NCBI RefSeq assembly: GCF_001194135.2 | Contig: NC_069001.1 | Span: 16,515,889 to 16,571,607 of the forward strand | Length of the DNA stretch: 55,719 nucleotides | Direction of reading: 5' to 3' | From: Octopus bimaculoides | Lineage: Eukaryota | Part shown: one piece after another, positions 23,621-35,643 of the stretch | Layout of the letters: every line of letters starts with the position of its first letter | How positions within the stretch are numbered: position 1 is the stretch's first letter | Translations under genes and position numbers: made by a program | Notes under the pieces: generated by a model | What the model was told of the DNA's origin: nothing | Databases searched by the model: none | The model's input: only the letters and a program-made list of their open reading frames with translations

Positions 23621-24139
23621 TTCTACATATCAAGCAGGGCCATTTCTCTGAAGGGATCTGTGATTTGTTTGTTTTCCTACTTAGGACTTTATTCTTTGCT
23701 AAATTAACTCTAAGGCCCTTTTATTCCAAATCTTGCTTCCATATTTGAAATTTCTTCTCTAGTTCTGATAGTGATTCAGTAATTATGAGTTTTCTGGACC
23801 ACTGAAGCTTAAGATAAAAAAGGGCCAACTATTGCATATATTGTGTATATTATCATATATTAATGTGTATTAATGATAGCAGTGTAATTTACATATATTG
23901 TAGTGTATCAGTAATGGCAGGCTGGCAGAAACATTAGCATGCCAGGTGAAATGCTTAGTGGTATTCCACCTGTCTTTACATTCTGAGTTCAAATTCTGCC
24001 GAGGTTGACTTTGCCTTTCATCCTTTCGGGGTCGATAAATTAAGTACCAGTTGCGTACTGAGGTCGATCTAATTGACTGCTCTGCCCCCCCCCCCAACAA
24101 ATTTCAGGCCTTGTGCCTAGAGTAGAAAAGAACATAATT

Positions 24140-24460
24140 TATGAGTGTTGGTTGAAAGGTTCATAGGCTGACCAAGACACTCTCTTAGAATGTGGCCAAA
24201 TGAGATTCAATTTTTCAACATAGTCTCCCTTGCAGTTTGCACACTTCTTCCATCTGTGATGCAGTGCTTAGATCCTATTGTGGAAGTAGCTTTCATCCTG
24301 TTGATCAAAAGAAAGACATCAACAGCAGATAAGACATCAACAGCAGATAGAACATCATCATCATAGTGGTACTGGCTCAAAGCCAAGTGTTTTTTCATGT
24401 TTAGGAAGGGATAATAGTCAAATGGGGCCACACCCGAGTAAGTGGTCAACTGTGACAGTC
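24140..24460 (-). mobile_element. Mariner (DD34D) transposase 3' relic with TIR
   Basis: YSGVAPFDYYPFLNMKKHLA (cf. YSPDLAPSDY motif) and, in another frame, ALHHRWKKCANCKGDYVEK. TIR TA|TGAGTGTTGGTTGAAAGGTTC. Internal 18-bp duplication at 24313-24348. Confidence 0.8.
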
Positions 24461-24824
24461 AGAGAAACTAATGACTGACAGATTCCAATATCATTGTAAA
24501 CCATGACAGATGCTAGAGTAGTGAGTTACAGATGAGAGAGAGCATTTCCTGTGCAATGCTGTTATGCTTCTATTTGTACTGGTTTTTTTTTTGTCCTTAG
24601 GCCAGCTTTTCTAATAATTTAGGAAATCTGGAAGATTATGAAGGAGCCAAAATTTTACAAAGAAAATATATTTCACTCATACATGTCATTCTTGGATATC
24701 TCTCTATATCTCTCACTTCATCTTTAGATACCTTTCTTGCATTTCATCCACTCATTCATCAGTCAAACCAATTTATGAACCAATCAGTTGTTTTATCCAT
24801 CTTTCTTTTCAGTAGATTTACAAA

Positions 24825-24933
24825 ATGTCATCTCCAGAAGTTGAGAAGTTTGAGGTGACAGACTATGATTTGGCAAATGAATTTAACCCCAACCGAAGAT
24901 ATCGGCGCCAGACAAAGAACCAAGCTACATATG
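24825..24933 (+). CDS. TFIP11: TFIP11 coding exon 1 ([36 protein letters not shown])
   Basis: Upstream in-frame TAG; acceptor ttttcag at 24812; donor G|GTGAGT. Confidence 0.93.
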
Positions 24934-26005
24934 GTGAGTAAATCTATGTCTTATTCATATCCAACCCAACTGAGGCTCCAGTAAATCTGTATCTCTTAGT
25001 TCTGCGTACACTTAACCCTTTAGCATTCAGATTACGCCATGAAATGTAAAGCTTGTTTATTCACAGTTTTGAATTAATCTCATAGTTTTGAAATTTTGAT
25101 GATGTGATTGTTTACTTTTGGAATGACAGTGTAGGATAGGTCCAAGAGACCAGATCTGGCCAGTTTGAACATGGGGAATATTTGGGCTAGATGTAAAAGC
25201 AGACAAAATGCCACTAAGCGTTTTGCCTGGCATGCTAATGATTCTGCCAGCTTCTACCTTATTCAGAACAAATATTGCCAAATATTTTATCTGACTCTCT
25301 AATGATTCTACAAGTGTATTGTTTGTGAGTGAGATCTAGCTGTTATTTCTTGTAGAGATGCAATCTCCTTTATTGACTCCAGTTAAAACTCATTCCACGG
25401 AATGCATTCAGATATTTTATTCAATGTCTTACAGATGCCTACCAATTCTGTCATTTATATAAGAATTATTGTATTTTATTTTGTTATTCTTGCTTTATTT
25501 CATGTTTTTTTAATTCTTTTAATTTTCTGTTGTTAGGAATCTGGGCTGATCCTGAGAGTGATGAAGAAGAAGAACGGCCAAGGTTTGGCAAGACAGGCAG
25601 TGCTATGTCTAGTAATGACTACACCATGAATTTTGTGAGTGGTGGCTTGAAACAGGAGGAGAAGTTACCTCAGAAGGATGATCTGGTAAATAATTATTGA
25701 GTTTATTAAGGGTTTTGTGCCTTTTTGTTGGTTGTTGTTGTTGTTTAAACCAAGATCAGTCCTGGTCAAGCAGATCTATAACCGAAAGTGTTCCAACTAT
25801 GACCATCCCATCTTTTAGTAATATGTAGAACTATGTTATCAAAAGCATCCTTTCATTATTTAACTCAGTAGGTTGTGATTTTAGGGAGACTGGGTAGTTG
25901 AGTGGTTGAGTACTCACTTTGAGGCACCCTCATTTGGAGCTTGTGATGGGAAAGAGAGAGAGAGAGAGGAGGGAGCTAAAAGAGAAGAGAGAGGGAGAGC
26001 TAGAA

Positions 26006-26069
<64 letters not shown>

Positions 26070-29000
26070 GAACAAGAAGATGGGAGATGAATGATTGGTG
26101 ATGACAATGTTAAAATAAGTGGTGGGAGTTAGTATTGTTCAAAGTCTATCATCCGAACATTGTTGTGTGGCTTTTAGATAAGACTCTATTCATCTAAACC
26201 AAGCTGTGTCTGTCCTTACCCCAGGTGCACATCTACTGTTCTCAGTGTTTCTTGAAAGGCAATGTGTACCACCATCATGGTGGTGGTGGTTGTTGTTGAT
26301 TAATGTCCTCCTTCCCATGCTGGTGTAGGTTAGACAGGTTGACAAGAACTGGCAAGCCAGAGGACTGTGCCAATCTCCAATGTCTACTTCAGCATGGTTT
26401 CTCTGGTTGGGTGACCTTAATGTCAACCACTTCACAAAGTGTATTACATTCTTTTTTTATGTGGCACCGGTACTCATGAAGTCATCGAGTCATCGCCAAG
26501 ACATGAGTCCTTGACTAAGGTTGGTGTGGTATTGAAATGGCTTTATACCAGGTGACAGAGGTTAATGTATGATAGAGGGACACATTCTGGTGTCTTGTTG
26601 TGTGGGAGATATATGGTACCTCAGTTGGAATAGAAAGAAGGTGGTAGGGAAGAGGTGTCAGGTTACAGCAAAGTAAATATAAGTGGCCCAGAAGATTGGA
26701 CAGGGAGAATGGGTAGGTAAGTTCATGAGTGTGTGAAAGGAGAGTGGCAGACGGATAGAGATGAAAATGGCAGTGAATAAAAATAAGTATGGCTGTGTGG
26801 TAAGATACTTCTGGTTCAGTCCCACCATGTTTGTTCAGTGTTCAAATTATTGTTGATGTTCATTTAATTCCTTCATCATCTCTCTTCTGTATAGAGTTAA
26901 TAAATGATGTACCTGTAATATACTTTAGATCAGTTCATTTCACTATATTCCTCACCCCTTGTCTTGTTTTGTTATCTTTCTAGGATTCAGAAGATGATTC
27001 TGAAGAAGAAACTGCTGTGAAGGTTCCACAAAAGAAGATTGTTCCTGTCAAGGCACCAAGAAGGTTTGCTGGAAGTAAAGATTTTGAAAGGTGTGTTATA
27101 GTAAGATGATTGTAATTAGGAGATGAAAGCTGTGGGGCAGGTGACCTGTCAGGAAGTGAGTGGGTGTGTGGGGAGAACAGGTGGTGGTGTAGAGGGGCCA
27201 GTGACCTGTGGGGAGGGGGAGACAGATAATAAGTGGCTGATTATTCCCCAGACATGCACTCCCTTAATGAATGAGAAAGGAACGGGTGATAGATGAATAA
27301 GGAAGAAAGGGGTGATGGCAAAGTGGTAGTGGGATGATGGAAATTCTACAGTGGAAAGAAATCAAACAGTGTTTTAAACCTGTGTATGTAAAAGGGAGGT
27401 ATGTGAATGTTTGTGTGTGTGTGTGTGCATTGGAAGTGGGATGGTGAACATTCATTGCTGAAAAGAAAATTCAAACAGCGTTTCAACTCTGAGTATATGT
27501 GTGTGTGTGTACAAGGGAAATATGTGAATGTTTGTATGTGTGATTATTATGTAGCTTATTTATATATAAGATACTACAATTAACTGTCAGTTTTGACGCC
27601 ACGGGGCCAACTAGTAAATATTATATTTAACATAGTAATCAGAAAGCTACAGGGTTAAAGATAAAAATGTGTCTAACGGGAGGTAACTCTCTAAAATCAT
27701 TTAAACTCAAAATTATTTCGATATTTAGAGATTGATGGAATGATTAGGAGACAGTGTGTTGTATTTGTTATAAATAAATGACTAAAAACCTTGATGGAAA
27801 TATCTTGGCATGGCCACAGTCACATGACTGAACTAGATGAAAATAATAAAATGTGTTTTTGTGTTAAATGGAAATAGACCTGCACTCTTTCCCCCTTCCT
27901 CAGTTCATTTATTAACAAAATGTTTGTAAACCATGTTTTTTTTTCTGTTTATTTTATCTTTTTTTAGTGATAAAAACTTTGGAAAATGGGAGAAACATAC
28001 CAGGGGAATTGGTCAGAAACTTCTGGAAAAGGTAAGGTTGGCTCACAATAGTTGTTTTGGTGGATGTAAAAGTAGTTTCCATCAGTCGTAACTAGTTTTA
28101 TTTTGTCATAACTGTAGTTTTAACAGGTTATGATTACAGTCTTTGCTGGTCATAATCATAGCTTTGTTTAGTTATAACTAGATACCATCTTTATCTGATC
28201 ATAACTGTAATTTTAGTAAGTTATAACTATTACCTTAGCTAGTCATAGTTTTGTCTGGTTATAACTATCACTACATTGGTTATAACCATAGCTTTATCTT
28301 TCATAGCTGTAATTTTTTCTGTTTATTATTAGAGTTATATGTCTTTGCTTAACCCTATAGCATTTAATCTGGCCGTATCTGACCCAAATATTTTACCTGT
28401 TTTATATTCAAACTGGCTAGATCCTTCTTCTTACACTACCTTACAATGTTATTTTGAATATATATATTTACATAATCAAAATCTCAGTGGTACAAGATGA
28501 TAAATGATTAGTTGAAAACAATGTGAATTAATAAACATTACATTTGACATGCTAAAAGATTCAGAATTAATTCATCCATTTATAGTTTGTTCTGTAAGTT
28601 CTCTGATGTCACCATCCAGCAACTAGCTTCTTTTCCTGATAAATTTTAGATGGGTTACGAAAAAGGTAAAGGCTTAGGAAAAGCTGCCCAAGGTATCACT
28701 GCACCTATTGAAGCTGTGAAACGTCGGCGCCGTGCTGGGTTGGAGTTCAATGGCAGTGAGAGAACACAGCAATCTTTGAAACACTATCCTGTACAAGATT
28801 CTGATGAAGAGGAAGAGACTGAATTTAAGAATGAGCTTCACCAATGGAAGAGGGAACCCACAGTAAGTTTGTGATTTCTCAAGTTTCTAAATTTATTCAG
28901 ATAAATGTTGGGATGTTTTTTTCCGTTTGTTTTGTCTGTTGTTTCTATTTTTTGAAAATTATTGTACTTTCGTTTGTTTGATGGTCAGTAATTTGTGAGA

Positions 29001-29671
29001 TCAGAATGCTGGGCTCCTAATTGTCCATACCTTGAAGGCTGAGCTCCTGATTGTCCGTACTCCATCGGCCACATAAATCCCCTTTAAAACACACTGCCTT
29101 CTTCTCTCCGACAGCAGCCATCTGGAACACTGCTCCTTTTCTGCCTTTAATTTCACTTCAGACATAAATCAGTTGAATATGTAGCACATTCCTCTCATTA
29201 ATCTGGGAGAAGCTGTACAAGCTAACAGTGTTGTTCTACCTCCTCTATTGAACTATTCCACCTAACCATATGTAGGTTGACCTTACTACTGCCTCTATTT
29301 TCTGCTTCATCAACTGTACACACATCTCCCTGCCTGAAACAAATGGAGACATCACTGCTTTGAGCCAACATGACAACCTTTTAAGCTTCCCTATTCCCTG
29401 GGGTGTACTACAATCCTCAGGGAATACTCTTTTACTTGTTTCAGTCATTTGACTGTGGCCATGCTGGAGCACCGCCTTTGGTCGAGCAAATCGACCCCAG
29501 GACTTATTCTTTGTAAGCCTAGTACTTATTCTATCGGTCTCTTTTGCCGAACCGCTAAGTTATAGGGATGAAAACACACCAGCATCGGTTGTCAAGCTAA
29601 GTTGGGGGGAGGGACAAACACAGACACACAAACATATACACACACACACACACAAACATATACACACACAT

Positions 29672-29718
<47 letters not shown>

Positions 29719-32700
29719 NNNNNNNNNNNNNNNNNNNNNNNNNNNNNNNNNNNNNNNNNNNNNNNNNNNNNNNNNNNNNNNNNNNNNNNNNNNNNNNNNN
29801 NNNNNNNNNNNNNNNNNNNNNNNNNNNNNNNNNNNNTATATATTTATATATATATATAAATAATACATATATACGACGGGCTTCTTTCAGTTTCCGTCTA
29901 CCAAATCCACTCACAAGGCTTTGACCGGCCTGAGGCTATAGTAGAAGACACTTGCCCAAGGTGCTATGCAGTGGGACTGAACCCAGAACCATGTGGTTGG
30001 TAAGCAAGCTACTTACCACACAGCCACTCCTGAGAATACTAATAAAACTTCAATAACTTTGAGTACGACTAGTGAATGCAGGGTTTTCTTCCTCTGTTAA
30101 CAAGACTGCTTCCTCTCTGTCTGTTGGTGTCTCGGGCCTCAGCACATTTTCTGTTCATTATGAAACTCTGTTACCTCTCCTCCATTAGCCTGTGTTAATG
30201 AACTTTATGAAAATAGTTTTCAATGTTTGGTACAAAAAATATTGCATTCTTCAAGATTGTCTTTGATTCCTTGTAGGGCAATAATCGTAAACCAAAGTAT
30301 GTCTACAAAACGGCCCAGGATGTGATAGAGTCTGGCCTAACACGGAAGAAAAGACCGATTCAATCCAGTGAACTGTCAAAGGTGAAGGTCATCGACATGA
30401 CTGGCAAAGAGAAGCGAGTTCTTTCAGGTTTTTACGTCTTTTTTTATTTCAACATCTTTGAAACTGTAAATCAAAACAAACTTAGATATTACAACAAGTT
30501 ATAAACATAACATAGGTGCAAGCATGAGCATTTGGTAAGAAGCTTGCTTCTCAACCACATGGTTCTGAGTTCAGTTCCACTGTGTGGTGCCTTGGGCAAG
30601 TGTCTTCTATTATAGCCTCAAGCCAGCCAAAACCTTGTGAGTGGATTTGGTTGATGGAGACTGAAAGAAGCCCATCACACATACACACAAACATATTTAA
30701 CGAAGACCAGTGTTTTAGTATGTAGTAAAATAGGACTTTCATCAGGGAAATGGCCTTGCTTGATATGTAGAAAAGGTGAGGTATAAATTCCATATGATGT
30801 AATGCATTGCACACAGTGGACACATATGAGATGCAGTGGTATCGCATACAGAGTTCATAGAGATCTTTTGTGTGGCAGATGTGCAGGAACAATAAACACT
30901 AAAAGTGTATGGGAAATTGATTTTCTCAAATACTCTGGATGTTCCCATGAGGAGTAGATAGTTTCTATTATCAAGGTGACCTAATTAATATGAGGGAGTG
31001 CTGAAAAGTTCGTGGCTTTAAGGGGTATTGTGAAAGGCCTAGTTGGAGGCCTCACCTTCCAAGTTCTTTTACAGGGCTTAGAAAAGCTGAAGGACTGCTG
31101 CAATAAGTGTGTGAACCTGAGAGGGGAATATGTTGAATAACACTGTAATTAACTGATCCTCCTGTATTTTCTTTTACCCAAAGCCAGGAACTTTTCAGCA
31201 CCCCATCGTAGTGGAAGAGGTTGTTTTGAAATTACAGTTTCTAGAATAAAAACTAATTAGAGAAAGTTCAGAGAGCTGTTATTACTTCTGTTGCAAACTA
31301 AAGGTCTCTCTCTCTCTCAGAATGAAAGGTAGATTGTATGATGCTTGTGTATAAACAGCAATGCTACATGAAAGTGAGATGTGGGCCCTGAATACAAAGG
31401 ACTTGTGAAGTAGAAAGAAATGAAGCTAGCATGCTCTGCTGGACTACTGAATTCAATTTTGTTACAAGATTGTTGTTTAATCCTAGTATGGGTCAGACTT
31501 GAGCTAGCAAATCATAGTCTAAGACATTCTAGTTATACTCTTTACTCTTTTACTTGTTTCAGTCATATCGACCCCAGGACTTATTCTTTGTAAGCCTAGT
31601 ACTTATTCTATCGGTAAACACACCAGTATCGGTTGTCAAGCGATGTTGGGGGTACAAACACAGACACACAAACACACATACATATGTATATATACATATA
31701 TACGATGGGCTTCTTTCAGTTTCCGTCAACTAAATCTACTCACAAGGCTTTGGTCGGCCCGAGGCTATAGTAGAAGACACTTGCCCAAGATGCCACGCAG
31801 TGGGACTGAACCCAGAACCATGTGGTTGGTAAGCAAGCTACTTACCACACAGCCACTCTTGCGCCTATGACCATCTCTTTTTTTTTCATTTTTAGTATAT
31901 GCATTATCCAGTATGTCCTCTTTTTAAGATTGATAGGTGAGGGAGATTTTGCTTCTGTTTCTAGTCAACTTTGTGAATGTACATAAACTTAATTGGCTTA
32001 GCTTGTTGTTGTTTAGCTCAGGTTAACCATAACTGAACAGATTATGAACAGAGCATAATCTGACCACGAGGAACACTTCTTTTAAGGCTTATGTAGAATA
32101 CATCATATGTTGTATCATATCCTTAATATAAGGCAGTAGAATGGGATTTGAAGGAGATTTTGTTGCTATTACTCTCAGATTAAGCATATGTTTGCTTTAC
32201 TTGCTAGGTTACCATGCCATCTGTCAACGTCACGACAAACCAGATGAAGATGATGATGTCATTGAATCAACCCCCAAAGCAAGGACAGCATTTGATGTTC
32301 CTGAACTTGTCCACAATCTCAACATTCTTGTCAATATGTCAGAAGTAGATATCATACAGAATGACCGCAAGTAAGTAGCCTTGCCAATTTCTAATTCATT
32401 CTGTTGGATTTATCATTCATGTGTGTGTGTGTGTAAAATTGTTCTGTTGTTGGTGGGATCAACAAAAAGCATTCTCCATCCAGTCCCATGACTTTGCTGT
32501 ATCTATGGCAGGGTGGTTGAACGAGTACTATGCCTTGCCAAAGGGCAGTCAGTAACTATGCAGGACATGGTCGTCGCGCTGTAAGGTATTTTCAAAATAC
32601 CCACATACACATATTGTGCACCCTATGTAAAGTGTAGGTGCATAAGAGATGCAGTGGGATGACTGGCTGCTTCACAGAAGAGTGTTGAAGCTGTATATGA

Positions 32701-35590
32701 ATAGTTTGCTACTATAAGGCAGCGAGCTGGCAGAAACGTTAACATGCCAGGTGAAATGCTTAGCGGTATTTCGTCTGCCATTACGTTCTGAGTTCAAATT
32801 CTGCCGAGGTCGACTTTGCCTTTCATCCTTTTGGGGTCGATAAATTAAGTACCAGTTATGCACTGGGGCCGATGTAATCGACTTAATCCCTTTGTCTGTC
32901 TTTGTTTGTCCCCTCTATGTTTAGCCCCTTGTGAGCAATAAAGAAATAAGAATAGTTTGCTACCCACCTCTAAAATATTTAACCTTGCATCTGTGGTAGA
33001 AACCATTTGTTGATCCTATGTGTTAATTTTATTTGTTAATCTTATCTTGTTAATTGTATGTGTTAATCCTATCTTGTTAATCTTATCTTGTTAATCCTAT
33101 TTTGTTAATCACATTTGTTAATCCTGTGTGTTAATCATATCTTGTTAATCTTATCTTATTAATTTTATCTCGTTAATCCTATCTTACTATGTTTTGCTCT
33201 GATATTTGAACAGACTTCGTTTCAACAAAGATCAAATTGTCAACGTGACTCATGAGAAGGAACGTCTTGATGTTGTTTGTGAACAAGAAAAGAAACAGTG
33301 TGACCGACTACAAGGGATTCTCGATATGGTCGAAAGGTAATCTTCTCTTTCTCTTTGTAGTCAGCTATCTCTATTTGTAGGTTTGTCTGTTTTGTCTATA
33401 TCTTTCTTTCTCTCTCTCTCTCTTTGTATTTATCTCTCTCTCTCTTTTTCTTGATTTATATTCATCTCTCTCACTTTCTATTCATATTTACCCTCTGTTC
33501 TCAACTCTGTTTTCAATTCTAGGAAAGGCAGTTCAGCTGTTTCTACCATCCATCACCCTCCCCCACCCTCACCAACTCCTTCTTTTATTGTGTTTTTATT
33601 CAAAGATACCCCTTCACACCATATCAGCTGCTGTGACCTTTCACCCCTGACCTAATACAGCCAGAAATTACTTTCTCCAGCCACCAATCCTCTTTTCTGT
33701 TGTGATTTAACATTATTCTGAGCCCTCCTAATGGTATTCTAACCATTATTGTAAGCCCTCCTCCATACCTCCTCTCACACATCAACTTCTGTGACCTTTG
33801 CTCCCCCCCCCTACTGTAGCCAACAACTGTCTAACTATCTACTACCAACGAGGTAGCCTCTATATCAGTAGTTCTTAATCAGGGTCCATGTGACCCCTGG
33901 CAATCCATAGATTTTTTGTGGGAGGGCGATCTATGTAAGTAAAATAGTAAATTGGGGATCTACACTAGTATTTCAAGGGTCCGTGAGAAGAATTTTGCTT
34001 TAGATGTATTTGTTGCCAGAAACAGCTGCGTTGCTTTATCAAACATTTTGCATAGTTTGACATGTTTCTGGCCATTGACCCATGTTCTCTCAGTGAGTGC
34101 TATGGTAAATCTATGCAAATGGACTTGTGAGAAAGAAAATAAGGATTTTGAAAGAAGTATCTGTAAAACTACTTTTTAAATATTGAACGGCTATGGTGGG
34201 GTCTACCAGAATAAAATAGTAATCAAAGGGGATCCTTGCCAGAAAAATAGTTAATTGGGGATCCAGTACAACATATTTCTGGCCACTGAACCGTGTTCTC
34301 TCAGTGAGTGATATTGCAAACCATCACATGTGAATATATGAGCAACAAAATAGAAAATTTTGACACAAAACTCAGCTTGCAAAGACTTATTGGGGCAAGC
34401 GAAANNNNNNNNNNNNNNNNNNNNNNNNNNNNNNNNNNNNNNNNNNNNNNNNNNNNNNNNNGAAAGCGAAATCGTGATGTCATCTGTGCCCAGCGTCGCC
34501 TTTCTGGCACTTGTGCCCGCAGCATGTGTAAGGACTTTCGAGCAAGATCGTTGCCAGTGCCCCTGGACTGGCTCTTGTGCGGGTGGCACATAAAATACAC
34601 CATTTTGAGCGTGGCCGTTGCCAGTACTGCCTGACTGGCCTTTGTGCCGGTGGCACGTAAAAGCACCCACTACACTCTCTGAGTGGTTGGTGTTAGGAAG
34701 GGCATCCAGCTGTAGAAACTCTGCCAAATCAGACTGGAGCCTGGTGTAGACATCTGATTCACCAGTCCTCAGTCAAATCGTCCAACCCATTCCAGCATGG
34801 AAAGCGGATGACGATGATGATGATGAATAGCTATGGCGGGGTGGGGAGCAGCGGAATAAAATAGTAATGAAAGGGGTCTGTAGGTAAAAAATAGTTGAGA
34901 ACTACTGCTCTGTGTTATCACCTGACCTGCTAGAAATAGCAGCTTGCACTCACACACCGTACAATCTTAAAGTATAGGATGCATCAGACAATGTAGTTGT
35001 AGACTCTCTGCATGTAGGAGAAAAGATGAGATGGTCATGGCTGGAATATTTTTGGTCATAGATGTGCTCAGTCAGCTGATCCAGGTCTGACCAACAACAA
35101 TAATTATAACCATCTCTTTTTCTATCTATTGTTCAATGTGATCTAACATTCTTCATCCCAAACTTTTTGTATCCCTCCACCCCAATCAGCTGTAGCTACC
35201 CCTTATCTGCTACAACAGTCAGCTACTGTTTACTCACTGAAAAAAACCCTTTATTCCAAGCTTTCTTTTATCCCTCTATGCCCTCCATCAACTGTTGTAA
35301 CTCTCCACTTTTGACCTTCAAGTATGACCATCCCAACGTTTATTACCTTCCCTTTCTTTCTCAGTTGTCAGAAGCGGACCCAAGCTGACTATGAAGATGC
35401 GATGAGTTTAGATGAATGTGTGAGTTTGTTCAAGAAACTGCAGGAGGAGTATTATGAAGAATACAAACTTTATGACCTTGGAGCATTAGCCATAGCACTG
35501 GTCTTCCCCATGGTAAGTGATGGATTACTACAGTGGTCTGTGTTTGTATATATTCTGTACCCATCCATATATGTATGTACACACACGCAT

Positions 35591-35643
<53 letters not shown>

